Source of the DNA: an uncultured bacterium
GTDB lineage: Bacteria; Armatimonadota; UBA5829
NCBI GenBank assembly: GCA_964431685.1
Contig: CAYSLA010000003.1
Span: 1-56,299 of the forward strand
Direction: 5' to 3'
DNA: 56,299 nt
Part shown: piece by piece, positions 23,101 to 33,601 of the stretch
How the letters are laid out: each line of letters opens with the position of its first letter
Numbering within the stretch: the stretch's first letter is position 1
Program-made: the position numbers and the translations under genes
Notes under the pieces: generated by a model
What the model saw: the letters and a program-made list of their open reading frames with translations, nothing else
The model's database searches: none
What the model was told of the DNA's origin: nothing

Positions 23101-24433
23101 GCTTCCTGAACCCGGGCTCCCCGGGCAGTCTGCGCCCCTCGATGAAGCCATTATCAGTGAACTCATAGTGAGTGTTCAGACCGTTAACGTAGACCCGATA
23201 GTAGTCGCCTCCGGGCCTGGGATACTGTATGGAGATCTTGAATGAATCGTCGAAGTCTACTGCGGCGTCGAAGGCGGTGACGCTCTTCTTGAGCATGACA
23301 GCAATCATCGCGTTGTTACCGGCAATCTCGCGCGGCGGAGGACAGTGGTAGGCCACGTAGAGGTTGTCCGAGTCATAGGCTAGAAACACGCGGTCCTTGA
23401 GATCGGTGAGCTCCCCAAGCATCCCATAGTCCGCGAGCACCCCGGCCAGGTGTGTGAGAGTAGACATGCCGGTCACGGCCGCTGCGTTGTCCCACTCCCC
23501 AGTCTTCATGATGCCGTCAATCGCGGGAGGAGTGTCGGCCCTCGGGATTGCCACCTGAAGCGGAAGCTGGAACATTCCTTCCTTGCGCCACAACTCGGCC
23601 ACCTGTGCGGGCGACAACTGTTTGTTCCAGACCGAGAAATCATCTATCCAACGATTCCACCGTTCCACACCTGCGCCGACCTGTCCCACAACGATCTCAC
23701 GCACGGACGCGGGCATCGCAAACTTGCCATCGGCCTTCAGCTCGCCATCGATCCAGATAGATGCCGTGCCGCTGCCGTAGTTGATCGTAACCATATGGAC
23801 CAGCGTGGGGTCGAAGTCTATGGGCAAGGAAATCTCGAGCCCACCTGGAGCCTGCAGAGTCAGCTTTCCGGGTTCAAGCTTCCCAAATGTTACGTTTCCG
23901 GACGTGGTACGGAGTTCGAAGAATGTCTCGCGAAGCGGAGAGTGCACATCCCAGTCGCGGAAGTTCACCCTGGTAGGGACGTCTTTCGTGCGGTCTACGG
24001 TTTGGGTGTAGTCCCATCCCTGACCGCGGAACCAGAACGTGATCGCTCCTGAGTCAGAAGGCACACGGTCCTTCGCCTCAAACAACACCGCCTGGTCTGT
24101 CTCTCCGGTGGGCATCATCAACCACATGCTTGCTACCCAGCCTTCGAGGTTCTCGAACATTCGCACCGTGCGCGAACTCAGGGCCTTGCCAACCTCGTCT
24201 TTGTTGGCGTTTGCCCGGACAGAACCGACGTCCTTACCAGGGGTCGCGCTGTAGACGGTTGTTAGTGCGACGGTCCTGGCCGCCATGCTTTCGGTGCCGT
24301 CGATGCCGCTGAAGTCGAGGTGGAACGTCCGGAGATCCTTCATCTCCACAGATGCTGAGGCTCCGGCCAGCGTCATCGTGAGCAGGGCAAAGATAACCGC
24401 GGTCAACCATCGACTGCAAATGCTGGTATGCAT
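20177..24433 (-). CDS. 1418-aa secreted multidomain protein (LamG-like + CBM9-like carbohydrate-binding modules + large uncharacterised, possibly glycoside-hydrolase, C-terminal region)
   Basis: Signal peptide (WLTAVIFALLTMTLAGASA). LamG-like end WIDDFSVWNKQLSPAQVAELW. CBM9-like segments PPAIDGIMKTGEWDNAAAV and GWHLEIALPLDSF…GDVWYVNFMRIW. An AAGGAG Shine-Dalgarno is present. No catalytic assignment is possible by eye. Confidence 0.6.
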   Translation of the reverse strand: MHTSICSRWLTAVIFALLTMTLAGASASVEMKDLRTFHLDFSGIDGTESMAARTVALTTVYSATPGKDVGSVRANANKDEVGKALSSRTVRMFENLEGWVASMWLMMPTGETDQAVLFEAKDRVPSDSGAITFWFRGQGWDYTQTVDRTKDVPTRVNFRDWDVHSPLRETFFELRTTSGNVTFGKLEPGKLTLQAPGGLEISLPIDFDPTLVHMVTINYGSGTASIWIDGELKADGKFAMPASVREIVVGQVGAGVERWNRWIDDFSVWNKQLSPAQVAELWRKEGMFQLPLQVAIPRADTPPAIDGIMKTGEWDNAAAVTGMSTLTHLAGVLADYGMLGELTDLKDRVFLAYDSDNLYVAYHCPPPREIAGNNAMIAVMLKKSVTAFDAAVDFDDSFKISIQYPRPGGDYYRVYVNGLNTHYEFTDNGFIEGRRLPGEPGFRKLAWDPDWTSASTLDTDGWHLEIALPLDSFDIPAPKAGDVWYVNFMRIWQTIRSGMASWAWGNRAPSDEGNELRCSPAGRVVFQDSGVTARQVSIGEIGQGKPHFVTELVNTSGEPRTVRCTVTTNSGELSDDKTVTVPAGEKVVYEYAGRIVDPRTHTITHRVTDSQTNADVLVAGYPVQRPTEADVYFRKYPSYDKVAYEVGFTNHAIYEPGEIVAEVSVKDKSGAKKWGEVLKGFKDYHFVRDIPTKSLPTGTYTTTFVFKARGKVIETATHTFDKNPMPEWYGNTLGFDGEDAPCPWQDIKVDGNSVSVWGRVYDFGDKLFPQAVSTQGKPILRSPIGISLETSEGELSPAAVAGDIRWTKVSNTRLEGIRSVKLGKLTVEHSFWIEYDGMVWSNLRLIPDSSVRVRSLAFEIPYNPAFSDVINARDYSMRNTGKLKPEGFVGSPEFIWLGNAIGGIQWCAETSGPYEVTDVNNCLKVTSSPEGGTARVDFVNKPFTLTEARDIPFGFIATPVRPKTLRTVEGDRFRRYAHVVGYWQDQEELWRPFHEHWINKSSVQRARMSTTLPGVEHRPVHHTTLMMMGARDEAMQEFGDEWLTDQTVRWRGKYSVSRGSVPVTTESRSLQDYIIWRFNEYFKKEPVAGGYFDVSMPWSSSNTYAGAGYKRADGTIAPTWSLLGHRQVLKRIYNIQNVVFPGGGLWYHASEGPSMIFMSYCVGDYDGENGNSIINADNPTYRTLLTPDNYRAQYMGTNWGFWNAFLSQGRISAETLRKYGFSDLWDQWTGVQWLHDCYCGTGWFGKIGYLEGLLSERELVPFNNYHMFSPFNRFIPYWEQTVTTVDSPEFYASFYVKQPVSVSMYGHSYYDTYDTGLDGIHQAVLIFYNHGDYKGPVRLKLDWKQLGFDDWTTVTAVNAVHSTGFRVKDWDAPTKEGELFDNSAAEYARIEDGVVVFPVTEYNYRMIVLQTPRPWKAP

Positions 24434-24582
24434 ATCAAGTCTCCTTTAAGTCACGGCTAGAAACCACTGAATAGACGTATAATCGTAGTATGCACGTTTA
24501 GCCTTGGTTTGTCAAGAGGTATCGAAGTCCATTTTTTCGGTTTCTTCGCCATCTAGCGACCACCCGAGTCTCAGGTCGGGCT

Positions 24583-24612
24583 TTGCCAAAAACGGGCTTC
24601 GGGAGGTATAAT
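24583..24612 (+). promoter_or_regulatory. Sigma70-type promoter of pfp (TTGCCA-18 nt-TATAAT)
   Basis: Read directly as TTGCCAaaaacgggcttcgggaggTATAAT, about 55 nt upstream of the pfp ATG. Confidence 0.6.
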
Positions 24613-24667
24613 ACACGCAGCGAAGAACATTCACAGACTAACCGAATCACAGAGGTGAACTCACAAA

Positions 24668-26323
24668 ATGGCAAGAGAGATTTCGTGCCTGCAAAGAGCC
24701 CGTGCATCGTATGAGCCGAAGCTTCCGAAAGCGCTGCGCGGTGGTAGCATCAAGATAGAGCTGGGAGCGTCTACCGAACCCGCAACCGATAAAGCCGAGA
24801 TCAAGAAGCTTTTTCCGCGAACCTATGGGCAAAGCGAGGCGAAGATAGTTGCCGACACCAGTGATCTGCCGACAGCCGCTCTGAATGTTGGGGTGGTATT
24901 GTCCGGCGGCCAGGCCCCTGGAGGACATAACGTCATCGCGGGTCTGTTCGATGCGCTCAAGGCCGCAAATCCTAAAAGCAGGCTATATGGTTTCCTGAAA
25001 GGTCCCAAAGGTGTCATAAAGGGCAAGTACATGGAACTGACCGCCGAGGTTATCGCGCCCTATCGCAATACCGGCGGTTTCGATATGATCATGAGCGGGC
25101 GTGACAAGATCGAGAAGCCTGAGGACCTCGCTGCCTGCCAGGACAACCTCTCAGCCCTCGATCTCGACGGACTGGTGGTGATTGGAGGCGATGACTCCAA
25201 CACGAACGCCGCCGTCCTGGCCGAGTATCTGGCGAGCAATGACGCCAAGACCCGCGTGATAGGCGTCCCCAAAACGATCGACGGAGATATGAAGAACGAA
25301 CAGATAGAGTGTTCGTTCGGTTTCGACACGGCCGCCAAGACCTACTCAGAGCTGATCGGCAATATATGCCGCGATGCCACCAGTGCTGTGAAGTACTGGC
25401 ATTTCGTCAGGCTCATGGGCAGGGCAGCCAGCCACGTGACACTGGAATGCGCCCTGCAGACACACCCGAACATCACGCTCATCTCGGAAGAGATTCAGGA
25501 GAAGGGCACCACGCTTGGCGAGATAGTCGACTACATCGTGGATGTGATTGTCAAGCGGGCGGAGGCTGGAAAGAATTATGGCATTCTTGTGGTGCCGGAA
25601 GGCTTGCCGGAGTTTATCTCTGACATCAAGATACTCATTGATGAACTCAGCGCCATTCTGGGCAAGAAGAAAGACTATCTGCAGCAACTCGGCGACCATT
25701 CTGAGCGACTGCAGTACCTCAGTTCTGAACTGACGGCACACAGCGCCCAGGTCTACTCGTCGCTTCCCACTGAGATTCAGGCAGTGCTGCTTGTGCGCGA
25801 CAGCCACGGCAATGTGCCGTTGTCTCAGGTCGAGACAGAGCGCCTGATCATAGACCTGGTCTCCGATAAGCTTCGGGAAATGAAGGCACAAGGCGAGGCC
25901 AAAGACGTGAAGTTCAGTGCGCTGGGTCATTTCTTTGGATATGAGGGTAGATGTGCCGCGCCGACGAACTTTGACGCCGATTACTGCTACTGCCTTGGTT
26001 ACGCAGCCGCGCAGCTTGTTCGCGGCGGTCTGACGGGCTACACCGTAAATGTGCAGAACCTTGTCAAAGACCCTGATGAATGGGTAGCGGGTGGAACTCC
26101 GGTCACGATGATGCTGAACATGGAATCGCGCGAAGGCAAGTCTGTGCCGGTGATCAAGAAGGCACTCGTGGATACGTCTGGCAAACCATTCAAAGAGCTT
26201 GCAAAGCATCGCGAGAAGTGGGCTCTGGAAGACGAATACCTGTTCCCTGGTCCGATCCAGTACTTTGGCTGTGCCGAGGTCTGCGACAGACCCAGTCTGA
26301 CCTTGCTTCTGGAAAAGGCATAG
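24668..26323 (+). CDS. pfp: Pyrophosphate-dependent 6-phosphofructokinase (long PFP type)
   Basis: 551 aa. Motifs seen are GVVLSGGQAPGGHNV, VVIGGDDSNTNAA (GGDD rather than the GGDG of ATP-dependent PFKs) and GVPKTIDGDM. Confidence 0.9.
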   Translation: MAREISCLQRARASYEPKLPKALRGGSIKIELGASTEPATDKAEIKKLFPRTYGQSEAKIVADTSDLPTAALNVGVVLSGGQAPGGHNVIAGLFDALKAANPKSRLYGFLKGPKGVIKGKYMELTAEVIAPYRNTGGFDMIMSGRDKIEKPEDLAACQDNLSALDLDGLVVIGGDDSNTNAAVLAEYLASNDAKTRVIGVPKTIDGDMKNEQIECSFGFDTAAKTYSELIGNICRDATSAVKYWHFVRLMGRAASHVTLECALQTHPNITLISEEIQEKGTTLGEIVDYIVDVIVKRAEAGKNYGILVVPEGLPEFISDIKILIDELSAILGKKKDYLQQLGDHSERLQYLSSELTAHSAQVYSSLPTEIQAVLLVRDSHGNVPLSQVETERLIIDLVSDKLREMKAQGEAKDVKFSALGHFFGYEGRCAAPTNFDADYCYCLGYAAAQLVRGGLTGYTVNVQNLVKDPDEWVAGGTPVTMMLNMESREGKSVPVIKKALVDTSGKPFKELAKHREKWALEDEYLFPGPIQYFGCAEVCDRPSLTLLLEKA

Positions 26324-26385
26324 GGCAAACTGGGGGATTTGGATGGACGGGGTGGACGTGGATAGACAGAATGGACATCGACTAT

Positions 26386-26410
26386 GCTTCGCGGACGTTT
26401 GTCCCGAAGC
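26386..26410. repeat. Palindromic repeat GCTTCG(c)GGAC…GTCCCGAAGC, copy 1
   Basis: Read directly. Related copies are at 26463-26489 and 35683-35706. Confidence 0.75.
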
Positions 26411-26462
26411 CCCGCGCCGAGTGGTCTTCGGGGCATGCGCCCGCGAAGTATCTACACACTAT

Positions 26463-26489
26463 GCTTCGGGACCGTTTCCGTCCCGAAGC
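26463..26489. repeat. Palindromic repeat GCTTCGGGAC…GTCCCGAAGC, copy 2
   Basis: Read directly. Like copy 1, it is preceded by ACTATG. Confidence 0.75.
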
Positions 26490-26520
26490 ATGGCCCTCAG
26501 CATCGGTCCCACACCTGCCA

Positions 26521-27771
26521 ATGCCTAATGACCTGACCCTCGAATTGTGCGAACCCGCAGTCAACCCGCCCGGCAAGCCGCTCAACGAAGAGCTGCGCAG
26601 CTTCTGCACGTTTGGCCGTGAAAGCACAGAGTATAACCTGGCCGGCGTGCCGGTATTCGTGAACGAGTTCTGGACAGCAAAGCAGCGCGACGCAAGCTCC
26701 CTGCACGAAGTAAGCTATCGGGCGTGCTTCAAGCCCCAACTTCCCCGCTTCTTCATAGAACGGCTTACCTCACTTGGAGACACGGTCTACGATCCGTTCA
26801 TGGGACGCGGGACGACGCTGATTGAAGCCGCCCTGACTGGACGCGTGCCGCTGGGCTGTGACGTGAACCCACTGAGCACAGTGCTGGTGGCGCCGCGTCT
26901 GGAGCCGCCTGAGATGAGGGAAGTGGCTGAGAGGCTTACGACCATAGATCGAACCCACCTGCCGCCGCTGCCCGATGACCTTCTGGCTTTCTACCACCCT
27001 GACACGCTGACAGAGATCTGCGCCCTGCGTGAGCACTTCATTGGAAAGGAGCGCGAGGGAACGCTGGACAGGGTAGACCGGTGGATAAGAATGGTCTCGG
27101 TTAACAGGCTTACAGGCCATTCACCCGGGTTCTTCAGCGTGTACACGATGCCGCCAAATCAGGCGGTTTCGGCGGAAGGACAGCGGAAGATAAACGCTCG
27201 CCGCAAGCAGGTTCCTCCGAAGCGGGACATAGACGCGATCATATTGCGCAAATCGCAATCTTTGCTCAAGGACTGCCGTCAGTCTACTCGTCGCATGCTT
27301 GCATTGACTGAGGGTAATTCACGTCTGCTGACAGGCGATTGTGCCAGTACTCCCGCCATTGCCGAAAGCTCCGTGAAACTTGTGGTTACGTCGCCTCCAT
27401 TTCTGGACGTAGTAGACTATGCCAAGGATAATTGGCTGCGCTGCTGGTTTTGCGGAATTGACCCCAGGAGCATACACATTTCCGTGATAAAGGGCATCGA
27501 CGCGTGGAGAGACAAGATGCGCTCGGTGTTTGCGGAGCTCGAGCGAGTCCTGGTTCCGGGTGGACACATAGCATTTGAGGTCGGCGAAGTGAGGAACGGC
27601 AAGGTCAGACTTGAAGAGGTCGTTCTTGAGGCGGTGAGCGGGCTGCGATATGAGCCGGTGTGTGTTATGGTGAACGAGCAGGACTTCACCAAGACCGCCA
27701 ACTGCTGGGGCGTCTCCAACAACACCAAGGGCACGAACACAAACCGGATTGTTGTACTGAAAAAAGTCTGA
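26521..27771 (+). CDS. Orphan N6-adenine/N4-cytosine DNA methyltransferase (AdoMet motif before catalytic SPPF)
   Basis: The AdoMet-binding motif is VYDPFMGRGTTLIEAA. The catalytic motif VVTSPPFLDVVDY lies about 210 aa downstream. The start is uncertain; the ATG at 26521 was chosen because the upstream in-frame region is occupied by palindromic repeats and overlaps pfp. Confidence 0.75.
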   Translation: MPNDLTLELCEPAVNPPGKPLNEELRSFCTFGRESTEYNLAGVPVFVNEFWTAKQRDASSLHEVSYRACFKPQLPRFFIERLTSLGDTVYDPFMGRGTTLIEAALTGRVPLGCDVNPLSTVLVAPRLEPPEMREVAERLTTIDRTHLPPLPDDLLAFYHPDTLTEICALREHFIGKEREGTLDRVDRWIRMVSVNRLTGHSPGFFSVYTMPPNQAVSAEGQRKINARRKQVPPKRDIDAIILRKSQSLLKDCRQSTRRMLALTEGNSRLLTGDCASTPAIAESSVKLVVTSPPFLDVVDYAKDNWLRCWFCGIDPRSIHISVIKGIDAWRDKMRSVFAELERVLVPGGHIAFEVGEVRNGKVRLEEVVLEAVSGLRYEPVCVMVNEQDFTKTANCWGVSNNTKGTNTNRIVVLKKV

Positions 27772-27829
27772 ACACGATTGAAGGGATTCAGAGACGCACA
27801 GGATGGTGAGTCCCTCCATTGTCAATTGT

Positions 27830-29920
<2,091 letters not shown>

Positions 29921-30958
29921 CTAGCCGCTTTTCAGGATTCTTCGCAGTTTGAAACAATCCTTCTGGCGCTGCGCAACCTCCTGGTCCGTCATGACTCTGT
30001 TGTGGCGGGAATCGAACCTGGACGCTTCCAGAATGCCATCCACAACGTGACTCTTCGGGATGGTCCTGAATATGTGCATCCGGCGCTGGTAGTCCTTCCA
30101 ACTGAGCTTGCCTTTGACATACAGTATGGACGCCAAAAGGTGGGCCATCTCAGAACGCTTCTTTCCCTGCAGTTCATCCCGCGAGAATATATGGTCTGAG
30201 AGATAGTCATACTCCAGATTGTATGGTGGATCATCCCGGAATAGTTCACTGAGCAGAGTGGTCGCCCGCCAATTGAGAATGACGCGCCGTCCGTGGGTAG
30301 TGTAAAGTACTTTTATCTCCGCATCATAGATGTCCGTCTCGACACCATCGGACGTCACTACGCCGAACTTCTTGAGCGTGCGGTAGAGCCTTGGCTGCCC
30401 GGGTTTCGAGGCGGCGTTCTCTATGCCGGCAATGTCGGAATCCGAGACGGCCAGTACCTTTGCATAGCAGTTGCTCAGATGCTCGCTCTCCTTGCGCAGA
30501 TCTCCCCGCAGGCGAATGTAGTCACCGACCTGAAGATGCAGGTCAACCCCGTCCTTGGCTATTCTGGACGTCACGTCCTCCCGGGCGAGGATGTCCTTCA
30601 GAGCACTTCTGATGAAGTCGTTCTGGTTGGGACTGGACAGCGCCCTGGCAATGGCCTCAGCGAGGCTCGCCTGCTCCTGACCGCCTTCTGCAATCCGCGT
30701 CGGGTATTTCCTGGATATCCTGGCTGCCGAAGTGGCGCACTTGATCTTGTCCTCTACCACCCTCACGAATTCCTGGTTGCGGACGTTGCGGATGGAGTAT
30801 ACCCAATGCGGGACCGGAGTAGGAATCACATCTACGGCGATAATCTCGCCAAGCGTGCGCTCGTGACCGTGCCGACCGTAGCTTTGCCTGGGCAGTTTGG
30901 GGTCGGAGTGTTCGTATACTACGAGCCGTCCTATGCTGTATTTGTAGTCGTCAAGCAT
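29921..30958 (-). CDS. Hypothetical protein (345 aa), co-directional with and 15 nt upstream of ligA
   Basis: Long uninterrupted ORF with an ATG start. I recognise no motif. Confidence 0.65.
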   Translation of the reverse strand: MLDDYKYSIGRLVVYEHSDPKLPRQSYGRHGHERTLGEIIAVDVIPTPVPHWVYSIRNVRNQEFVRVVEDKIKCATSAARISRKYPTRIAEGGQEQASLAEAIARALSSPNQNDFIRSALKDILAREDVTSRIAKDGVDLHLQVGDYIRLRGDLRKESEHLSNCYAKVLAVSDSDIAGIENAASKPGQPRLYRTLKKFGVVTSDGVETDIYDAEIKVLYTTHGRRVILNWRATTLLSELFRDDPPYNLEYDYLSDHIFSRDELQGKKRSEMAHLLASILYVKGKLSWKDYQRRMHIFRTIPKSHVVDGILEASRFDSRHNRVMTDQEVAQRQKDCFKLRRILKSG

Positions 30959-31232
30959 CGTCGTGGCCCTCTCTACTACTATTATACTCAGCCAGACGAA
31001 ATCGTCAAATCCGCGCGACGCACGGCGTGCGCAGTGCCGGTGAACTCACGTAATCCTTGACCCAGATTGGTTCCTCTACGCTTTCTCGAATCAGTTGTTG
31101 GGGCACGTGAGCGGCCGCAGCGTGCCCAGGGCTAAACTATTCGGCTCTGTCTTCCGATTCATTTACATGGAAGTACTGCGCGAAAGGAATCTAGGATTGG
31201 TCGAAGAAGAAGTCGTAAAGACTCAGCCGAAT

Positions 31233-32216
31233 ATGTCCGGTCTTGAGAAAGCCTCAGTCCTGCTGATAACACTGGGGGCTGAGATATCTTCGGCTGTACT
31301 CCAGCAGCTCACGCCCGACGAGATCGAAAGACTCGCGGCTGAGATTCTCCGCCTCAAGAAGATTGACCCCAAGACACGCAGGCGTGTCCTTGACGACTGC
31401 CGCAAAACCATTCTTGAAAGTCCCGAGTTCGGCGGCATGGAGTATGCCCAGACCGTGCTCTCGCAGGTGTTCGGCGAAACCAAAGCGCGTGAAGTGCTGG
31501 GAAAACTGGCGGCCGGTGGCGGCGTAGGGACGCTTCGTTGGATCCGCAGCATATCCCCTCGCCAACTCGTGCACGCCATCCGAAACGAGCGGCCGCAGGT
31601 CGTGGCGCTGGTAATTGGCCATCTGCCCCCGGAACAGGCCGCGGAGGTGCTTTCTGCGCTGCCGGAAGACATTCAGGGACAGGTAGTGTTGCGCCTGACA
31701 ACTATGCAGCCTACCGACCCGGAAGTCATCCGCTATCTAAACCAGACCCTCCACCTCAGGCTGGCTTCTTCAGACAACGCCGCGATGACCGAGGTGGGCG
31801 GAAACGACGCCGTGGTTCAGATACTAAACGCCATAGACCGCAGCTCTGAAAAGAAGATTCTGGACTATCTTACAGGCGTTGATGAAGATGTTGCCAACAG
31901 CATAAAAGAGCAGATGTTTGTTTTCGAAGACCTTCTCAATCTGGATGACCGTGCGATCCAGGCAGTCCTCCGTGAAGTGCCTCAGGAAGACTTGCGGCTG
32001 GCCCTCAAAGGCGCATCGCCGGAAGACAGGGATGTGTTCTTCCGAAACATGTCACAGCGCGCCGCAGAGACTCTGAAAGAGGACCTGGAAGCCACGGGCC
32101 CTGTCCGATTGCGTGACGTTGAGGCAGCGCAGGGCCGCATAGTCATCGTTGCCCGCCAACTGGACGAAGCTGGAGAGATCAGCCTGCGTGAGAGCAACGA
32201 AGAAGTTGTCGTCTAG
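31233..32216 (+). CDS. fliG: Flagellar motor switch protein FliG homologue (isolated)
   Basis: N-terminus GLEKASVLLITLGAEISSAVLQQLTPDEIERL. The C-terminal domain has EDLLNLDDRAIQAVLREV, FRNMSQRAAETLKEDLE and PVRLRDVEAAQ. The start is taken at the ATG at 31233, giving 327 aa. Confidence 0.85.
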   Translation: MSGLEKASVLLITLGAEISSAVLQQLTPDEIERLAAEILRLKKIDPKTRRRVLDDCRKTILESPEFGGMEYAQTVLSQVFGETKAREVLGKLAAGGGVGTLRWIRSISPRQLVHAIRNERPQVVALVIGHLPPEQAAEVLSALPEDIQGQVVLRLTTMQPTDPEVIRYLNQTLHLRLASSDNAAMTEVGGNDAVVQILNAIDRSSEKKILDYLTGVDEDVANSIKEQMFVFEDLLNLDDRAIQAVLREVPQEDLRLALKGASPEDRDVFFRNMSQRAAETLKEDLEATGPVRLRDVEAAQGRIVIVARQLDEAGEISLRESNEEVVV

Positions 32217-32368
32217 GGAGTCCGACTCCGAGAGGTCGCTGCAGGTTTGATTCGCGTTGAGCAGGACGGCATATTCGTCGCGAGTTTCCACAGCCAGTCT
32301 GTCATTGTAAGCCCGAGGCATCCTGCGTAGAAGGAATACTCAATGGTTGTGGGGAACACCCTCAGAAG

Positions 32369-33085
32369 TTGCGCTTCTTACTGGATGATCTGGGGGTGGA
32401 GTCGTTGGGCAAGAGTCGGTTCGTCACGATAGTCGTGACTTTGGTCGCTGCGGCGGTGGTAGCCGCGCTCTGGAAGTTCAACCGCAGTTCGGACTCCTAC
32501 AACCAGTATCTGGTTGGCAACCTCGTTGGTCTGTTCTTTGTGCCGATGCTGACCATCCTGCTTGTGTTTCGGTCGGATCCCTCCAAATTCGGATTTGCGT
32601 GGTCTTCCTCAACATCGGCCTGGCTTTTTGTTGCAGCGGCTTATGTAGCGCTGTCCATCGCAATGCTGGCGGTCGCGGGCAGGCAGGACTTCCAGAGCTA
32701 CTACCCATTGTTCAAACGCTACCCTGAGTTCTCCGGGTTCTTCGCGTCCTATCCCCGGGTGAATCCATACATCACCGTTCCGATGGCGATGCTTTTTGCC
32801 GAAGTCAGCTACGGAATGTACCTTTTCTGCTGGGAGTTCTTTTTTCGTGGATATCTTCTCTTTGGACTTGTCAGATCCATCTACTGGCCTGCTGTTGTGG
32901 TCCAGGCAGTTGCATTCGGTCTGCTCCACATAGGGAAACCTACGATGGAGGTGGCCTCGTCGTTTGCAGCCGGTATAATACTGGGTGTGCTTGCTCTGAA
33001 AGCGAAGTCGTTCGTGCCCTGCTTCGTATTGCACTGGGCGGCGTCCGTCACGTTCAACCTGTTGGTAGTATACAGAGCGCGCTAG
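32369..33085 (+). CDS. CPBP-family (CAAX/Abi-like) intramembrane protease
   Basis: Polytopic protein. Motif 1-like WEFFFRGYLL, motif 2 FGLLH and motif 3 HWAASVTFN. TTG start. Confidence 0.65.
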   Translation: MRFLLDDLGVESLGKSRFVTIVVTLVAAAVVAALWKFNRSSDSYNQYLVGNLVGLFFVPMLTILLVFRSDPSKFGFAWSSSTSAWLFVAAAYVALSIAMLAVAGRQDFQSYYPLFKRYPEFSGFFASYPRVNPYITVPMAMLFAEVSYGMYLFCWEFFFRGYLLFGLVRSIYWPAVVVQAVAFGLLHIGKPTMEVASSFAAGIILGVLALKAKSFVPCFVLHWAASVTFNLLVVYRAR

Positions 33086-33127
33086 CAGGTGATGGCCTCG
33101 TGCTTCACCGCACGGGCGCAGGGGGGA

Positions 33128-33157
33128 TTGACAACTTGCGCGCTATTGGTGTATCTT
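33128..33157 (+). promoter_or_regulatory. Candidate promoter TTGACA-18 nt-TATCTT upstream of the STAS gene
   Basis: Read directly. It is followed by an AAGGAGG Shine-Dalgarno and a TTG start. Confidence 0.45.
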
Positions 33158-33185
33158 ATAGTTAGCTTTAAGGAGGAATCCCGAT

Positions 33186-33539
33186 TTGGAGAGCATTCGT
33201 CTCGCAACTGCCACAAAGGAAGTCGACGGGTATACCATTCTGGTGCTCAACGGCGAGGTAGACGTTTACACGGCTCCGCAGTTCAGAGAAGCTATCGACA
33301 AGGTGCTCACGCAAGGTCAGTTACACCTGATCCTCGAGATGTCCGGGATTTCGTATATCGATAGCAGCGGGTTTGGAATTCTGCTGTCAGCCATAAAGCG
33401 AATTCGCCCCAAAGGCGGTACGGTCAACCTGATCGCCTGCAACGCGGCGATTGACCGTGTGCTGCCCATCACCAAGCTCAACACCGTATTCAATGTTGTC
33501 GACACCCTCGATCAGGTTCTCACAGCCGTCAAACCCTGA
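33186..33539 (+). CDS. STAS-domain anti-sigma-factor antagonist (SpoIIAA/RsbV-like)
   Basis: 117 aa. The phosphorylatable-Ser region is ISYIDSSGFGILL. Confidence 0.85.
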   Translation: MESIRLATATKEVDGYTILVLNGEVDVYTAPQFREAIDKVLTQGQLHLILEMSGISYIDSSGFGILLSAIKRIRPKGGTVNLIACNAAIDRVLPITKLNTVFNVVDTLDQVLTAVKP

Positions 33540-33601
33540 GAACCTGACACTTGCTTTTCTGGGACTCGCAGACTCCCTGAGCGCACGTCTGGGGCACTCC
33601 T

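Noticed and set aside
26080-26520. Long N-terminal extension of the methyltransferase ORF (track start 26080)
   Set aside because: It overlaps the 3' end of pfp in another frame. Downstream of pfp it is composed of palindromic repeat copies. The recognisable methylase sequence starts after 26521.
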